Source: Blasia pusilla (taxonomy: Eukaryota). Taken from it: 64,000 nucleotides of DNA. The position numbers and the translations under genes are program-made. The DNA is taken from contig CM114271.1 of assembly GCA_050084515.1 (NCBI GenBank), positions 31,806,001 through 31,870,000 of the forward strand, written 5' to 3'. The notes beneath the pieces are model-generated. The model saw only the letters and a list, made by a program, of their open reading frames with translations, was not told where the DNA came from and did no database searches. Positions 1 through 14,207 of this stretch are shown here, one piece after another; the stretch's first letter is position 1; each line of letters opens with the position of its first letter.

Positions 1-2368
1 GAAAATCCAAAAAATTTAAAAAGGTTTCACTTTATTTAATTTCTTTTTGTTCGTTGGTACAAGTAGTAGAGTACTGATATTGTATACTTCAATTGTGTCC
101 TCAACCAACGCATTCATTCTTCTTATAAGATGCTAAGAACGTTGCCATTATTTTAAATACAATAAAATATATTTTACATGAATTATTAAATATAAGGTAG
201 ATTTTAGAAAATTTAAAGAATAGACTCAAATTTAAATTAAAGGGATTCTCATGAAAATTTCAATTTACGGGAAAATTAGGAACTAAAAAATATGGGCTTA
301 AATTTTTATTTATTGAAACTTATTACAACAAGGGGTGAAAATTTAGGCTATTCTTGCATACATCCTCTATCACTAATGGAAAAACTCATGAAGGAAGATC
401 TCCCTCCAATCCTCTCTTCAAATTTAAATTCGACATTTATTTTCAAATTTTGCATGAAAGAACATATTATAAATTTCAGTCTCAAAAATAGAAATTTTCA
501 AAAATTTTAACACATGAGACGCCAAGATATTCAGAAAAATTATATCTCTTTAGAAAATCTCACTATTCCCTTTAATTTGAAAGTTATTCTATTCGATCAA
601 TTAATTTTTTATTCTATTCTTTAAAAAATTGTATTTTTACTCTCTTGTAATAATCAATATGAAATAAAATTAATCACCTTTGAAAAACTTGGGAACTCCT
701 AGATCATATAGTACAAGAAGTGCAAATAGAAGAATCACCATATAGGTTAAAGACATAATTAAAGTGAGCAATATCGATAAATGTACTAATTAAAAACAGA
801 ATCCAAAAAACGAGAATAAAAAAAAGAATGGAATAAAGGAAAAAAAGGGGAAAAAGAGAGAGGAAAAGAGCCTTTGAAATCCAAAATCACAATGAATTAG
901 AGGAGGACCCTAAAACCTAACTCGACTTTTTGACTCTACGTGTCAAAGTATCTATACCAAAGGTTCCGTAGTTAATGTAGTAGCAAGAATCATGAAGTTA
1001 AGAAATGAGGGATGTGACTAATGACTTTATCCCCTCTGCTTTGGAAGTTTTTGGACACTTACATAATCGCTTACATATGCCGTTTGATATTTTTCTAACA
1101 ACACATGCTCATCATTCCCTTGAAAATCATCAACTCATATATATCTTTTCTCAAAATCCTTCTCCTTCCGGGTGTTACGACATGAACAAGCATGGGCATT
1201 GTTATATAGGGTCAAAGTGATGAGTGTATGCCATTCATCTCGTCGTTCATTCACATGTTATCCACTACAAGTGTTCTTTTCCTATTTATTTCAAATCATT
1301 ATTCATGTAACTGGTTGTGCATATATTTTTTCCTTTCTTGCCTCCTTCCCCTCTTGGGATGAGGTTCACTTTCCTTGCCATCTCATTCCTTGAGGTCTGT
1401 TTTCTTCTTCAAGTGGATGATTTACAACTTCACATGATGTTTTAATTAGCTAAGAAATCCATCTAATTTACACTTCCTTATTTACAATCCAACATCCCCA
1501 AATGTTGGAATGGCCGCGGGAAGAAGAGGAAGTGAAAATGATATTCAATTTTAGTTTGAATGCAAAAAAAAAAGGATTTTGGGGAGGGGAGTGGGCACAT
1601 GGGATTGAGGGAATTCCAATATGGATTCTTGGGGTCCATTATCTACATATTATTTGTACCATGTGTAAATCATATTTAGGAGTTATGGAGAACCTCCTTA
1701 ATTGCCCATTCCATCGTCCCTTATGTCCCCTTAATGGTAAGAGAAGATAAATTTTTACTATGCATTATGTTTTAGTAGGGTTTTCTATAATCTATATTAC
1801 GATGGGCGATCCTATATGGACAATAAGACAAAATAGTGGGAAAATAAGACAAAATATCAACATGTTTTACATTTGATATTCTAGGAAAGGAAAATGAATG
1901 TAAATGGAAAATATAAATTCTTTCATTAATTAAGAATTTAGGTAGTGGATGTTAGTTTGGTGGGAAGGGGAAGAGTAGGCATTGTTTAAACCTTTATGGA
2001 AGAGTGAATTATTTAGGGGAGTTCGGCATTATTTAAATTTTAATTGAAACGTAAAATTATTTCAAAATTGAAATTTCATCACGTTCTTAAAATTTAAAAA
2101 TATCTAATTATATTTTAATTAAAAATTAATTAAAAATTAAATAAAAATCATTTTCGTGTTACTCACGGGCATACTAACTAGTCCCTTAAGTAGTTCTTGT
2201 TAGGTCCAATGGTTTAACTCTTGTTTTGTAGTGACAACATCCCCAGCCCCACATTTCAATTTTAATTTATTTATATATAAAAATAGAATTGTATGTATTC
2301 CTACGGAAGAAAAAGGGAGGGAAGACGTCCGAAGGGCTAATAAAAAAGCCCTATTGAAATTACCCACC

Positions 2369-2996
2369 CCGCGTTTTGGATGGGTAAAAGGTAAAGTCTT
2401 CGCCATACTCCAGTGTTGGACTAATTCAACGTTCACTCAGGGTTCGATTACTCCCCAATGATCGGGGAGATCCGGGGTTACGAGTAAGGCTAGCCGGTTA
2501 AATCTGAGAATTTCCGATTAATTTTAAAGCTGCCTACGATTTGAGGACGCTCTTTGTATTTCGTATCTGAAAACCGGTTCATAAACCGGAATTTCCGTTT
2601 CCGATTTACGATTCCCGGTAATGTACCGGGTCCACGGAAAAACTCCCCGAACCCTGTTACTCCCTCGCTGTGGGAGGAAACCCCGCAGGGTGGGGTCCAC
2701 CTTTTCACAAGGTAGTCCCACCACCGAGTAACAGGGGTGTTCATTGTCAGAGTGAGAGAATGGCCAAGTCAAACATACCCAATGCTTCGTTTTCTCTTCC
2801 ATGCTCCGGTCTTCATTCCGCTTTGAGAAAGCGCTTATCGGTATTCGCGTCGCGAGATCTTGTCCGCATTCTTCAAATGCCTCTTACGAGAGGCTCCATT
2901 CATTCAAGAACAAGGCAAGCCCAGAGTTCAGAGGTCAAGTATGTGTGTATAAGAGAGAGAGAGAGAGGTCGCGCACCTGTGAAATACAACCCGCGT
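2369..2996 (+). promoter_or_regulatory. Putative WRKY promoter with W-boxes, CGCG boxes, TATA-like motif and GA repeat
   Basis: Reverse W-boxes AGTCAA (2767-2772) and GGTCAA (2933-2938); CCGCGT at 2369 and 2991; TATAAG near 2948 followed by a (GA)n tract. These are short motifs, so function is inferred. Confidence 0.4.
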
Positions 2997-3567
2997 ATTG
3001 GCTGGATGGTGCGCACGCAGAGAGAGAGCCGAGGTTTCTTATGACAGCCAAATTTGTATGTTGTAGTTCACAACTTTGACGGGTGTAGTTCTCTGGAGTG
3101 TTTTCGTGTATGAGAAGGTGATAAAACGTTTTCATCAGAAGAGAGAAATAAGCTTGAATGAGAAAGAACCAGGGCAGATAGCGGCTGCAGGCGATGAGCA
3201 TTCGAGCTGAAAACTCAACTAGAGGATGCCATTGTGAACACCTGGTGGAGCGGAATTTGGGATGGGACCAGAATTGACGATGGCTCCTTTTGATAGGCAT
3301 GCTTCGAGGATTACACTGACATAGTTCGGTGATATAGTCGAGTTAATTTAATCGTTTACAGGGACGGAGCTTTGCCGAAGAGGAAGGGCACGCGCATTGT
3401 CCCGAAGTCGACATCGCAACGTAATAGATAGTGCAGTTTGGATCTCACAACTCTCCGGGGACGGTTTGAGTAGAGCTTTCGGACAGGTGTTTCCGCAGAT
3501 TTGAAGTCTCTGCAATTGGATAGACCAAATTCAGACGATTGATACAATCCTTTGAGACATTTATCCT

Positions 3568-5942
3568 ATGGAACAGGAGTCAGAAGGCCAGGCAAAAATG
3601 AGTCCTCTAGACTTCGAACGGAAGGTGCGTTTGGAGGCACTGTCGGTATGCCAACGCCTGGAGCAGCGAATCCGAGATGCACCAGAAGGATTTCTAGGAA
3701 TTGCTCACGGAGAGGAAACACAAGAGATTCTGAATGCGTTCGCGACCACCGTGGAGACTTTCGGCAAGCTGATCCGTATGCTCTCTGCCTACCCCAACGG
3801 TTCACGCAATGCCGCCTTCCCTATCACAGCCGAGGACACCAAGTCTCAGGAACAAATCGGCAGGGTAGGAGCTATGCCTTTAAATGCTGAGAGTCCGTTG
3901 TTGTCAACTACCAACACCGCCGAAAGTACTCCGCCCCATTCCCCTCGACGCCCCCCTGGTTCTACTTCCAGTCGCTTGATTATGTCCAGCCCGAACATAA
4001 GCCCCTGTCACACTCCACTCAGCGGTAGTGGAATGTCTGATGGCTCTCCTAGACGACAGAATGCAGTCGCCCTGGATTCGGATGGGGAGGTGGCCGATCG
4101 TGTGCGGCGATCGACTAACACTTCAAACAGCGCCGAGATGGAGGCTAATGAGAAGCAGGCTCTGTCTAAGAAAAGGTAGGACCCATCCATTTCAAACCGC
4201 AGAATAAGAGCTCATTCCCAAACCCGGGGACGGGACGATCGTGTCAGCAGAGGACCTGTATTGAGAATCTGCTCTGACTCTATACTCGCAGCGCTGTCAA
4301 TTTCCATCCGCAATTTCAACGATTTGTGATTTTTCTGATATATGTTCGTACTCGTTGTTCGCTGCAGGAAGTACTTGCCCAAGTATTCATGTAAACAACT
4401 TGCCACGGGCTCTGACCCAGGAAACGATGGACCTCCGGATGACGGATACACTTGGCGCAAATATGGACAGAAGGACATCCTGAACTCAAGCTATCCAAGG
4501 TATGTGCAGTTTTCGATTGATCACGAGCCTGTCTTCTCGACCTTACTGGAATGAATTTGCTGTCATCTTCAATACTTTCAATTTGGTGGTCGCACTTAGG
4601 TCACAGGTGAGGAATATTTCCGAATGTATGTTCTCTTGCGATCGATCTCTGTCAAGCCCTGTAGACAATTTATTTCACCCGAATAGTCTGTTCCAGTTTC
4701 AGAATCGTTTTTCTTGAATCGCTCAATTCGACTGCTAAACCTGTTATTGCTTCACTCTTGCCGTCTGATCTCAAGGATGTGCAAAGAACGACGGATACTT
4801 CATCCGGTTCCCGTCTTTTCTAGAGCAAATGAAGTCCCTTATCGATGACCGCGGAGTCTGATTGCGTTATTAATTTGATTCTGTGCAGAAGCTACTACCG
4901 GTGTACGCACAAACATGACTTGGGATGTCCGTCCACGAAGTTGGTTCAACGTTCAGATAAGGATCCTACAATGTTTGATGTTACTTACCGAGGTGATCAC
5001 ATCTGTCCGTCCATGCAACAGCGAACAAACTGGCCTTTTGCTGTGGCACCTAGCCAAATGGCAATCCATGAGCTGCTCAATTCCGATCCAAACATTTCCA
5101 ATGCAATCATGGCAGCTACCATTGGCAACCTCCGTACCAATATACCCAGTCAAAGTCAGGAGAATGTTCTCCTAGGAATATCCCCAGCTGCACAGTCAAC
5201 GGCAGGGTTGGCTGTTCCCCACTCATCCGCTTCAGATATGAAGCAAACGCATCCGACGACCGCTCCGGCTCCGGCTCTCAATCAAACCTTAGCCGGCGGG
5301 TTTTTTTTGGAAGGGCATCCCATGGCTGTTTCCCGAGGCTCGGGCACTCACCGGTGTAGTATTTCGCCAAACTCGGCTTCCGCTAACCAGTCCTCTCAGC
5401 AGTCTTTCCAGGCACGGACAACAGCAACTGATGGCATTTGTCGGGCGGAATCCTTTCTCATGAATCTCGTACTTGGAACAAGTCCACAAACCGTGCAAAG
5501 AACTGATGGTCGTGGGTCCACGGCATTTGACGACTTATCAGATTATGGTCAACTCCATTCGCAAAAGGACACGGAGGCCGAGCGTGAAGATGGGGGTCAG
5601 GCTAGGACTCGGTCAGTGAATAATATCGAGGTGATGAGAAGTTTAGAAAGATGGCCTGATCCTCTAGAGTCGCAATTTTCTGTTTCTTCACACCAGGCCG
5701 TACATGATGAATTAACTGGCGTATACTGTGTATCTCCATCTAATTCTGAAGTGCTCTCGAACCAGCAACAAGAAGTAAGATGTCCATACAATAACTTGCC
5801 TCCGATGGAATCCGATGCTTCGGAGGTGATCTCCGAACAAACACCGTTACCTGGTTCTCCCTACAGTCCCATGGCTGGGTACATGATTGGTAGCCCTGGT
5901 TGCCATCCGCATATGTACGTGGACATTGACCAGCCTTGGTAA
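3568..5942 (+). CDS. WRKY: Group III WRKY transcription factor, ~597 aa; exons 3568-4175, 4368-4499, 4889-5942
   Basis: GT-AG introns join the exons in frame (1794 nt). Contains DDGYTWRKYGQKDIL and the conserved phase-2 intron in the PR codon. The zinc finger CTHKHDLGC-X23-HIC is C-X7-C-X23-H-X-C, diagnostic of group III. Confidence 0.95.
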
Positions 5943-8465
5943 CCCGCTGGATCTAAGAAAGAAGAATACCCTCTGTATATTTCACCGGGCAGGGTGGGGT
6001 AGCCGGAGTCTTCCACCATCTTCACCCCCGTGTAACGAAGATGCCTTCTATTCCTCCTGTTCAATCTTGATCGGATCCCAAACAAAAATGTACATAGCTC
6101 TGGCCAGCAAATTATCGACTTGCCATTCATTGATAGAGATGAACGGCATTGGTTTAATCCTCGGCGGGGGATTAAACCAAAATTTGTGGTGCAAGAAGTA
6201 CAAGTCTAGTCAGTTAGAGTACGCCAAGTGTAGAAAAAAGTTTCGCAACCTTCACATTATTCTATGCAGATGTAATGGATGGTGTAGTAATCCATCGACC
6301 GTCCATGACCTCGGGCGGGCGAATTTTCGAGTGGATGTTCATTGTAGAGTAGTTTAGAGCTTCACCCCATACGTGTGAGGAGTAGGTGGTTTCTTTGCGA
6401 TATACCAAGGCGATAGAAGCCTCATTACTTCGAATAAGAACACGTTACCACAATTATTTAATACAGGTGTAATTTATCTTATGAAGTAAAGTCCGCGGCA
6501 GCTCATGGATCTGATGTTCCAAGTTGAGTTGGAAGTATGCACTAGTAAGAATGCCCCTGTGATGATTAGATTGAGAATAATAGGAAGACAATTGCAAGAT
6601 ATTCGTCCTTCATTCCTACTAACTAATAAATAAGGTAGTTGATTCCTAACCTGCTGCTATCGTAGTAGTCACGCATGCACGAATGTACTACGTAAGGGGG
6701 ACCACTCCCATGCCTTGTCACTCACAGGTTATCCAGTTAAGAGGAGATGAACTAGAGCGATGCCCTGTTGTGATTCTTCAGAAGAAATGGCTATTGTGTG
6801 TGCTGTCTCCTCGCTCTCGTCTCTCTTTCTGTCCGCTTCTCTCTCTTCTTCTCTTGCTTCATCTTCTTACAACGTGGGAGTGCGCTTGCCAGGTATTACA
6901 TTGCACACACTTCCACCTTTTCTCTACTTGTTTCCCTTGCCTGTGGAATGGAGAGATGAGAATTTTGAGGCTTTTCTTACGCAACCTTCCACAGGAAACA
7001 TTCGGAAGTAGCTATGGGAAAGAGCTCCTTGATTCAATTGTTCTTTAAAATGAAAAAATTCAGCACGCAAGAAACATAGACGGTTTGAAAAATCTCCAGG
7101 AGTCTAGAATCTCTACAAACTTATTTATCTCTTTTGAGAGACATGGAATCATCGGCTGGAGTACGAGTTACATAACGTACTTGGATATTTGTACAGTTAA
7201 TGAAAATTATCATTACTAAAGTGGAAATAGGCGATCGGTTCGTGAAGACTCTCACACATCACCAGAAAGGAGCTATACACGAAACTTGGTTGGAGGAGAG
7301 AAAAGAGTTTCACGAAAAGCCTAGAAAAGAGTCGCAAGAACTATCGCCAAAGAATCTACATCTTCGGTATCAGACGTATGCTACTTGCAAAATTTCTACC
7401 TGCAATGCCGAAACAATCTCATCACATGTAATCACAACTGAAAAAAAAAAGACCTGGATACTCCTTTGGGAAGAAATACGTTCATAAGGCTTCATAGGAG
7501 GCGAAGAGATTCCTACAACAAGAATCGTCATCGCACGACTTCTGACAAAGCGCTCAATAGTTCTTCAGGGAAATCCGTAAGCACAATTGAGCGTCCTTCT
7601 TGGGACTCGACATCTAGAAGTCGTGGAGATGATGCCAATTTGCAACACTTTTCTTAAACACGTTAGAAAAAGTTATGCCAACTGGAGAATTGTCTGGCCG
7701 CCTAAAATTAACGAAAATAGTAAAATACATGCAATCGCAGAGAATCACTTGGAGAAAAATCCAAGAACATCCATTCCCATAAAGCCACCGCACGCTTTGC
7801 GTTTCGTCCCAGATATGCGACCTCTGCTCCAGAATCAAAAACCTCGGGTTCTCCCGATTCTCACGAGGCGACAACAACATGAGGGATAGCGGCATTTTAA
7901 GCCAGCTCGAATTGTTCACATGTTTGAGAGAAGTCAAGAGTTATGCAATCTCAAGCTCCGATTTGAGGAGCCAAGAGAGCTAGGGGAATCAGGTTCATTC
8001 CCCCCTTCAACAATCTTTCGCAGGATTTGGCACATTAGCTCAGCCACGGCAGCCAACTCCAACAACGGGTCTGCACGTGCGGCTTCATTAAACTGAGCGC
8101 ACATGACCATGTGAGATCGAAGAGCTTCTTCTATAGATGCGCACTCCAGGCGTCCTTGCTCATAGCTTCAATGCTGGATCTGTGAAAAAGCTACTCTCGC
8201 GCTTTCACCGGTTTTGCATACGAATTTGGTGCATTCGTAGGAAGGAAGAGCCATAAGAACCGGATTTGGTGCACAGAGAGATTTAATCTCGTCTTTGGGC
8301 CGCTGGAAAAATTGAGGCTGTAATCCGGACCACTCACTGATTATCGCCTTTCACACAATTGCCACAATGGCTTACCTATCAGTTTCCTTAGCCTCTCTCA
8401 CACAAAATTCAAATTAAATCCAACAGCAATTGATGTCGCTGCTTGATTTAGGCGAGGCATATAGT

Positions 8466-8610
8466 GGCCACCCTCCTCGTTCCCGACCTCCGATTGAGTT
8501 TTCTGGCCACCCTCCTCGGCTAGTAGCTATAATCGAATTTTTCTGCTACCTTCCTCGCTTGTAGCTGTAATCGAGTTTTCTTTGCACCCTTCTCGGCTAG
8601 TAGCTGCTAC
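8466..8610. repeat. ~39-bp degenerate tandem repeat, about 4 copies
   Basis: Recurring unit (GG)CCACCCTCCTCGGCTAGTAGCT.TAATCGAGTTTTCT. Confidence 0.6.
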
Positions 8611-8702
8611 AGTTTCGGATCCGATTTTAAATGCAATTCCAACGCCTCCACTCGCTCCACCTCTACCAAGTTCGGCCTCTCCCTTCTCGAAAGTAGACTG
8701 CA

Positions 8703-11700
8703 TTCATTCCTCAATTCCTAGCCTATGAGACCCAGTTCTATGTCGTGTACTACTATGATGTAAGATCGTGGAGATCCCCGCAAGAAGGTATCCTTGTTCA
8801 CAATATACAAGCATAGGATTAACATGAAGTTGATAGAACTCTATTTTGTGCCCGGGTTGCTCCAAATAATATTGAGAAATTGCTTCTATAGATGCTCGCG
8901 GAGTGCATTCCGTTTCAAGTCCTAATCGCGTTCTACCACATTCCACTTTGAAGACCAAGTCACCACATCCGCAATCCACCCTATGGAACGTGTGGCTTGC
9001 AAAGCTTGATGAGGGAGGCAAGAAACATCGAGAGATCTCACCCTTCGATATAAGTGATGGTCAAGTAGAGAGCTTCAACCTCTAGAGGAAGACAACCTGT
9101 TTTTGCAAGAAAAATAGCATAAGGAGTTTGGTTTCTTATACCCAATTTTTCTTTTAGAAAGATCTTTTGCACCCTCTCCAACTTGTCTTCTTATAACTAG
9201 GGCCCCAAACTTGAGTCCCATATAAGACCACCGACAACACTAAGCTCTTAAATAAGAACTTCCTAAGATCTCAAGACACAAGATGAGCTCTTCTACATCA
9301 ATTTAAAAATGAATATAGAGCTTTGTAACCAGCTTCTATTCTCTTTTACACGCAAAGTGCCCAACTATAGTCATGAGAGAAATCAATGCCTAGATATTTG
9401 AAACACTTCACTTGTTCTAATTATAGACCTTTGTAAGAGAACGAGAATTTAGATCTAGTACCCACTAATGACTTTAAACTTCTCCATATTAACCTCTATC
9501 TGATTCTGGGTACAAAAACATGTCAAAGTGTCGAGGTGTTTTTGTAAACTAATGCCATCACGTAATATGATATCATTTGTATACAATAGAGCTTTGATGA
9601 CAAAGTCTCCAAGCATGACACCTTCACTATCACATTCCTCCAACCACTTTTTGATATAATTTATGAAAACTTCAAATAGAGTAGGGGAGAGAGGGCAACC
9701 TTGAATGACTCCAAAAGTACTTAATATCTCTTGAGTTTGTGAATCTGTGATCTTGGCCCGAACGGAATGGTACAACATGGCCACGGACGGCAACTAGTAG
9801 ATTTGATGGTACTCCAATGGTTGGCAGCCTATCCCATAACAACTTACGAGATACGGTATCAAAAGTTTTCTTGAAATCGATGAAACCACAAAACAAAGCT
9901 TTCCCATTGCCCTTAGATTTCTCCCATAAAATACGTAAGACCAAGATATGGTCAATGGTGTTGTATGTTGGGGCGAAAACCAGCTTGGACCCGTGCTCTC
10001 TTTTGGAAAGACTCTGTCCATGCGCTCAACTTTGACTCCACCAATTTCCCAAACAGCTTGGCAAAAACACTACCGACCATGATAGTGCGATAGTTTGTCA
10101 CCAAATCCTTCCTTCTTGATTTATGAATAGGAACAATCTCCTGTAGTGACCAAGTAGAAGAAAAACCATAGATAACAACATCACTCAATACTTTGGTAAG
10201 GATCGGTCCGATAGAATCTCCTCCCCACTTGAGAAGTTCAATAGAAAGACCATCCAAATCCTCATATTTGCCATTTGCTAATATTCTAAGTTGAGTCATC
10301 ATCTTTGCTTCAGAGAATAAGCCTAGTATTCCTCCACAACGCGACATAGATATAGCATGGGGAAAGAAGTAGAGCTTTTCAGCAAAAGATATCAAAGACT
10401 GGAAAGCAAGAGTAGGTTTTGAATACCATACTACTAATTGTCTTCAGAATGATTTGGGATCGTCATGGAGTTCCTTTGTTAAGGACTCTTGCTTCCGCTG
10501 CAAGAAAACTCATTTCTTGGATTTCACCAAGTATTTATAAAGGCGCGTCATGATAAGCCAACTTTGGATATCCAAAGATTTGTCCACTGACCTTAACCTT
10601 GCTTGCTTGCATTCAAAGTCAAACCAGCCATTACAAGGCAACCTCCTAGCACTTCTATTTCTGTGTCGGGAAAAGAACTTGGATGCAGTGTTTTTGAGCA
10701 ATTCGGTTAATTGCAAGCTTTCTGTCTCTGGATCAGAACTCCATATAATGTGAGTCAAGAGTTCTTGTAAATCTAGCCTATAAAGATTTTTTTTACCAAG
10801 ACCTAAGCGAAACTTCAGAGAAGCTAAAACATATTGACATGTAGAGAGAGGAATTGCCTTTGACATTGAAAGAGTAAGCAAAAAAGGGGCATGATCTGAT
10901 TCAGGATGAGGGTCTAAAATGTCAAATGTAGAGATATGAGAGCTATAAGTGGACGAGGAGAGAAGATAGCCAATGGTGCTCGCATCGGTAGAGGTGAAAC
11001 ATATATTGGAGTGAGAGTTTGGAAAATGAGAGGTTCCATTAAGAACTTTCAAATTACAAGTGGCTCCGAAAGTTAAAAAATGCTCTATCACAGGATTTGT
11101 AGAAAGATCTAAAGAGATTCAAGACCACAAACCATCCTCTGGTTTTTCTAGAAGAGGAGCAGTAAAAGAATCACTAAATTGGGTAAATTGAGCAATACGT
11201 GTACGAGCATTGAAATCCCCAACTAGAAAGACTTCACCTTTGCTTTGATATTTGAGAACATCCCCAATAAGTCGGTGGAACGGTTGACTTTGATTGTAAG
11301 TGCGTGTTGAGTAGATAGGCATGGACAGTGGTGCAAAATAACGAACTACCAAATAACAATAAGATCCCCCAACCAAACCAAGACGTAGCCAATGATATTG
11401 GCCCCCGATATCTTGATCTTCTAGTGCAAATTGGTTTTCCTTTTCTATCTCTTGCTCTTGATAGAAAGAGATATGAGCAACCTTTGTAGCTTCAGTATAA
11501 GATTTCATTTTCACTTCCAAAGTTTCAACAACCTCATGCAATTCTGAACTATTGGGAGTAGTCTCTAATGATGATGCTTTCTCTTGAACATCCACAACAG
11601 ATTTGGAAAGATCCACCATCACACTAGAGCTATCTTTCAACTCCTTTTTCAAAACCTCTAGCGTTCCTTTCAACTCTCGAATTTGAATATGTGCAAGGTT

Positions 11701-12542
11701 CAATTGAGAAGTTTGTACCTTGAATTTTTGCCGAAGCTTTTTCAATTCATGCAAGACCACTTGCATGAGATTCAAGATTTTGTCTTAAGTAGTCATCATG
11801 CAGTGGACTTCAGTACATCCCAGATATTACACGACCTCCAATCAAGTAGAGCATAAACTTCAACACCACACAACTTTTGCTCTAGGATTTTGTTGTGCTT
11901 ATAATTTCTATAGCTTGGACGTCTCCTTACATTTCACGTTTCCTCAAAATCTCAGCTTCACCTAACACTTCATGTGAAAGATATGGCCTTTGGAAGATTT
12001 AGATCTGAAATCCTCAAATGTGGAAGAGCAGAAACTCAAATCCCCCATAAATTCGTCTTTGTGACTTGGTTGGCCTTAAAATTTTCAACGCTAGGGCACC
12101 TTTTGACATTGCACGTGTCTTAAAAATATTCATTTTATGTAACACTCCACCTAAAAGATATGGCCTCCGCAAGATTCAGATGTGAAATCTTCAAATGTGG
12201 AAGAGCAAAAACTTAAATCTCTCATAACTTCATCATTGTAGCTTTTCTGGCCTTGAAATATTTAGGAATAAGGAGTATCTTTTTATTACACGTTTTCTTA
12301 AAATCTCAACTTCATGTGACACTACACTTGAAAGATATGGCCTCTGCAAGATTCAGATCTGAAATCTTCAAATGTGGAAGAGCATAAACTTAAATATCTT
12401 ATAACTCCATCTTTGTAGCTTGGTTGGCCTTGAAATTTGTAAGGATAAAGCATTTCCTCCCATTTCACGTCTCCTCAAAATCTCAGCTTCATGTGACACT
12501 TTTTCTGAAAGATATGGCCTTTGCAAGATTTAGATCTGAAAA
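8703..12542 (-). mobile_element. Degenerate LINE (CR1/RTEX-like), copy 1; 3'-truncated and internally deleted
   Basis: Contains ORF1 coiled-coil fragment, APE motifs (VGDFNART, SDHAP), RT fragments (FIDFKKTFD, QGCPLSPTLF, YTND) and RHRTGSHRLGIEE. Colinear with the copy at 27451-32323. A deletion near 11430 fuses ORF1 to APE. Confidence 0.9.
11860..12542 (-). repeat. 177-bp tandem monomers at the LINE 5' end (copy 1)
   Basis: Anchor GATATGGCCT at 11980, 12157, 12334 and 12511, an exact 177-bp period. Confidence 0.9.
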
Positions 12543-13462
12543 ATCTCCAAGGTGACCTCTTTGCAAGGCATACTTACGTAAACCTCTCTTCATCGTCTGC
12601 ACAACCCTCTCTACTAGTCCATTTGCCTCAATATGATCTTGCGGAGTGGTGCACTGGTCAATCAGTGCCATATCACAAAAGGTCTAAAACTCCCCATGAA
12701 ACTCCGTAGCCTGGTTTGTCAACACCTCAACGTGTGCGCCATGATGACTCAACACTCAATCTAGGAAGTCATACACTACTCCCTCACTTGCTTTGTTAGG
12801 AAATGCAACCAACTCTATCCACTTCGAGAAATGCTTGACCGTCACCAACACATAATGACTATGGCGCACCGTCAAAGGTAAAGGCCTTGCAAAATCCAAA
12901 CTTCATCGATAATCTAAACCCATGATCGAAAGTGGATGCAATTGTGGATTCAGAGCATTGAACGATGCCCAGACTCGATCACACACCATACATCTACCAA
13001 CAAACTATTTATTGCCAATCTTCATGCCTCGCCATCAATAGTGTATCTTGAGTCCGCTATATATCCGCTTCACTCCAAAATGACCCAACTCCTCGAAGGC
13101 ATGCTGCACCAAACGTGCTCTCTATGAAGGATGAGGAACTACACATACTCTAGCATCCTCCCAAACTCACAACACGTGTGTCTCTTCCCACCAAAATTGT
13201 CTAGCTCACTATAGGATCCGATCCCGCTCTCTAGCACCCACTATGCTCGCGACGCTGCTGGTATACAAGTACTCCAAGATTACTCCATCCTCATGAATAT
13301 CTCGGCCACTTGTTGCTTCTTCAATGACCTCTGGATCTAAGGACTCTCCATTAGAACTCGCCATCCAAGTGTTAACAATGTGGCTTTCCATAGCCAATAA
13401 GCCCAAATAGGCTCACGCATGCCATCCCGACACCATCTCTTCATTATGCTAGCGAGCTCCAA
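12543..13462 (-). mobile_element. Older Ty3/gypsy host element, integrase part (downstream of the nested insertion)
   Basis: EANGLVERVVQTMKRGLRKY, the DFARPLPLT region and RDIHED...RERDRIL are homologous to the inner element's integrase. Many stops. Cut by the LINE at about 12543. Confidence 0.85.
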
Positions 13463-13566
13463 TGTCGTGCGAATCCACATTGTCATACAACATACATCGT
13501 TGACATACCATACTCACATACATACATAACATAGACGAGAGCATACACAAACACAAGTGTACCACA
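13463..13566 (-). repeat. Repeat A, terminal copy (104-bp U3-start segment displaced to the element's 3' end)
   Basis: Near-identical to 13937-14040 and the same length. Confidence 0.9.
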
Positions 13567-13575
13567 ATTGAAATA

Positions 13576-14040
13576 TGTGAAAGACCTACTGTCATAAAAC
13601 ACGTATAGAATCACATACAATCGAGCCAAACCCACTCCACGATGGGAGAATCCATGTCAAAGCTTGCAGGAACCACCTTAGCCAAGAGCTCTACTCACTA
13701 CCAAGGCTAACTCCCAACGCAAGATGCTCAACTCAAAAAACTAACTGTTCTTTGAGTGCACTCCATACTATATCCTCCAACCTAAGAGCGGGCCCTACTG
13801 GAAAAGTCACCCTCAACTGAGTAACCCCCAACCCTATGTATGAAACCGCATCTCTACTTAGACACTACCGTCCTACATAAGGTATGGCCTCTACTAGCAC
13901 ACTATACTCTACGACATAATCCGTATGGTCATGATTTGCCGTATGAATCCACATCGTCATACAACATACATCGCTGACATACCATACTCACATACATACG
14001 TAACATAGACGAGAGCATACACAAACACAAGTGTACCACA
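13576..14040 (-). repeat. Complete 3' LTR (A 14040-13937 + B 13936-13576), sense TGTGG...TCACA
   Basis: Preceded on the sense strand by the purine tract AGGGGGGCGA (14052-14043). B matches 20763-21112 and A matches 13463-13566. Confidence 0.85.
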
Positions 14041-14207
14041 AATCGCCCCCCTAACTAGCGGTTAGGTCCGTCTAACTCCCAAGTAGCCCTACTACATGCT
14101 AAACACCTTCTTGGATGCACGAATCAGAAGGCCGGGTGCTAGGTTGCCCCATCGTTAGTCGCCTATCTGTAATCCATATCACGCAAAGATCAAGTCATCT
14201 ACCTCTC

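Noticed and set aside
11860-12542. CRISPR-like array
   Set aside because: Whole 177-bp units are homologous, there are no unique spacers, and the context is eukaryotic.
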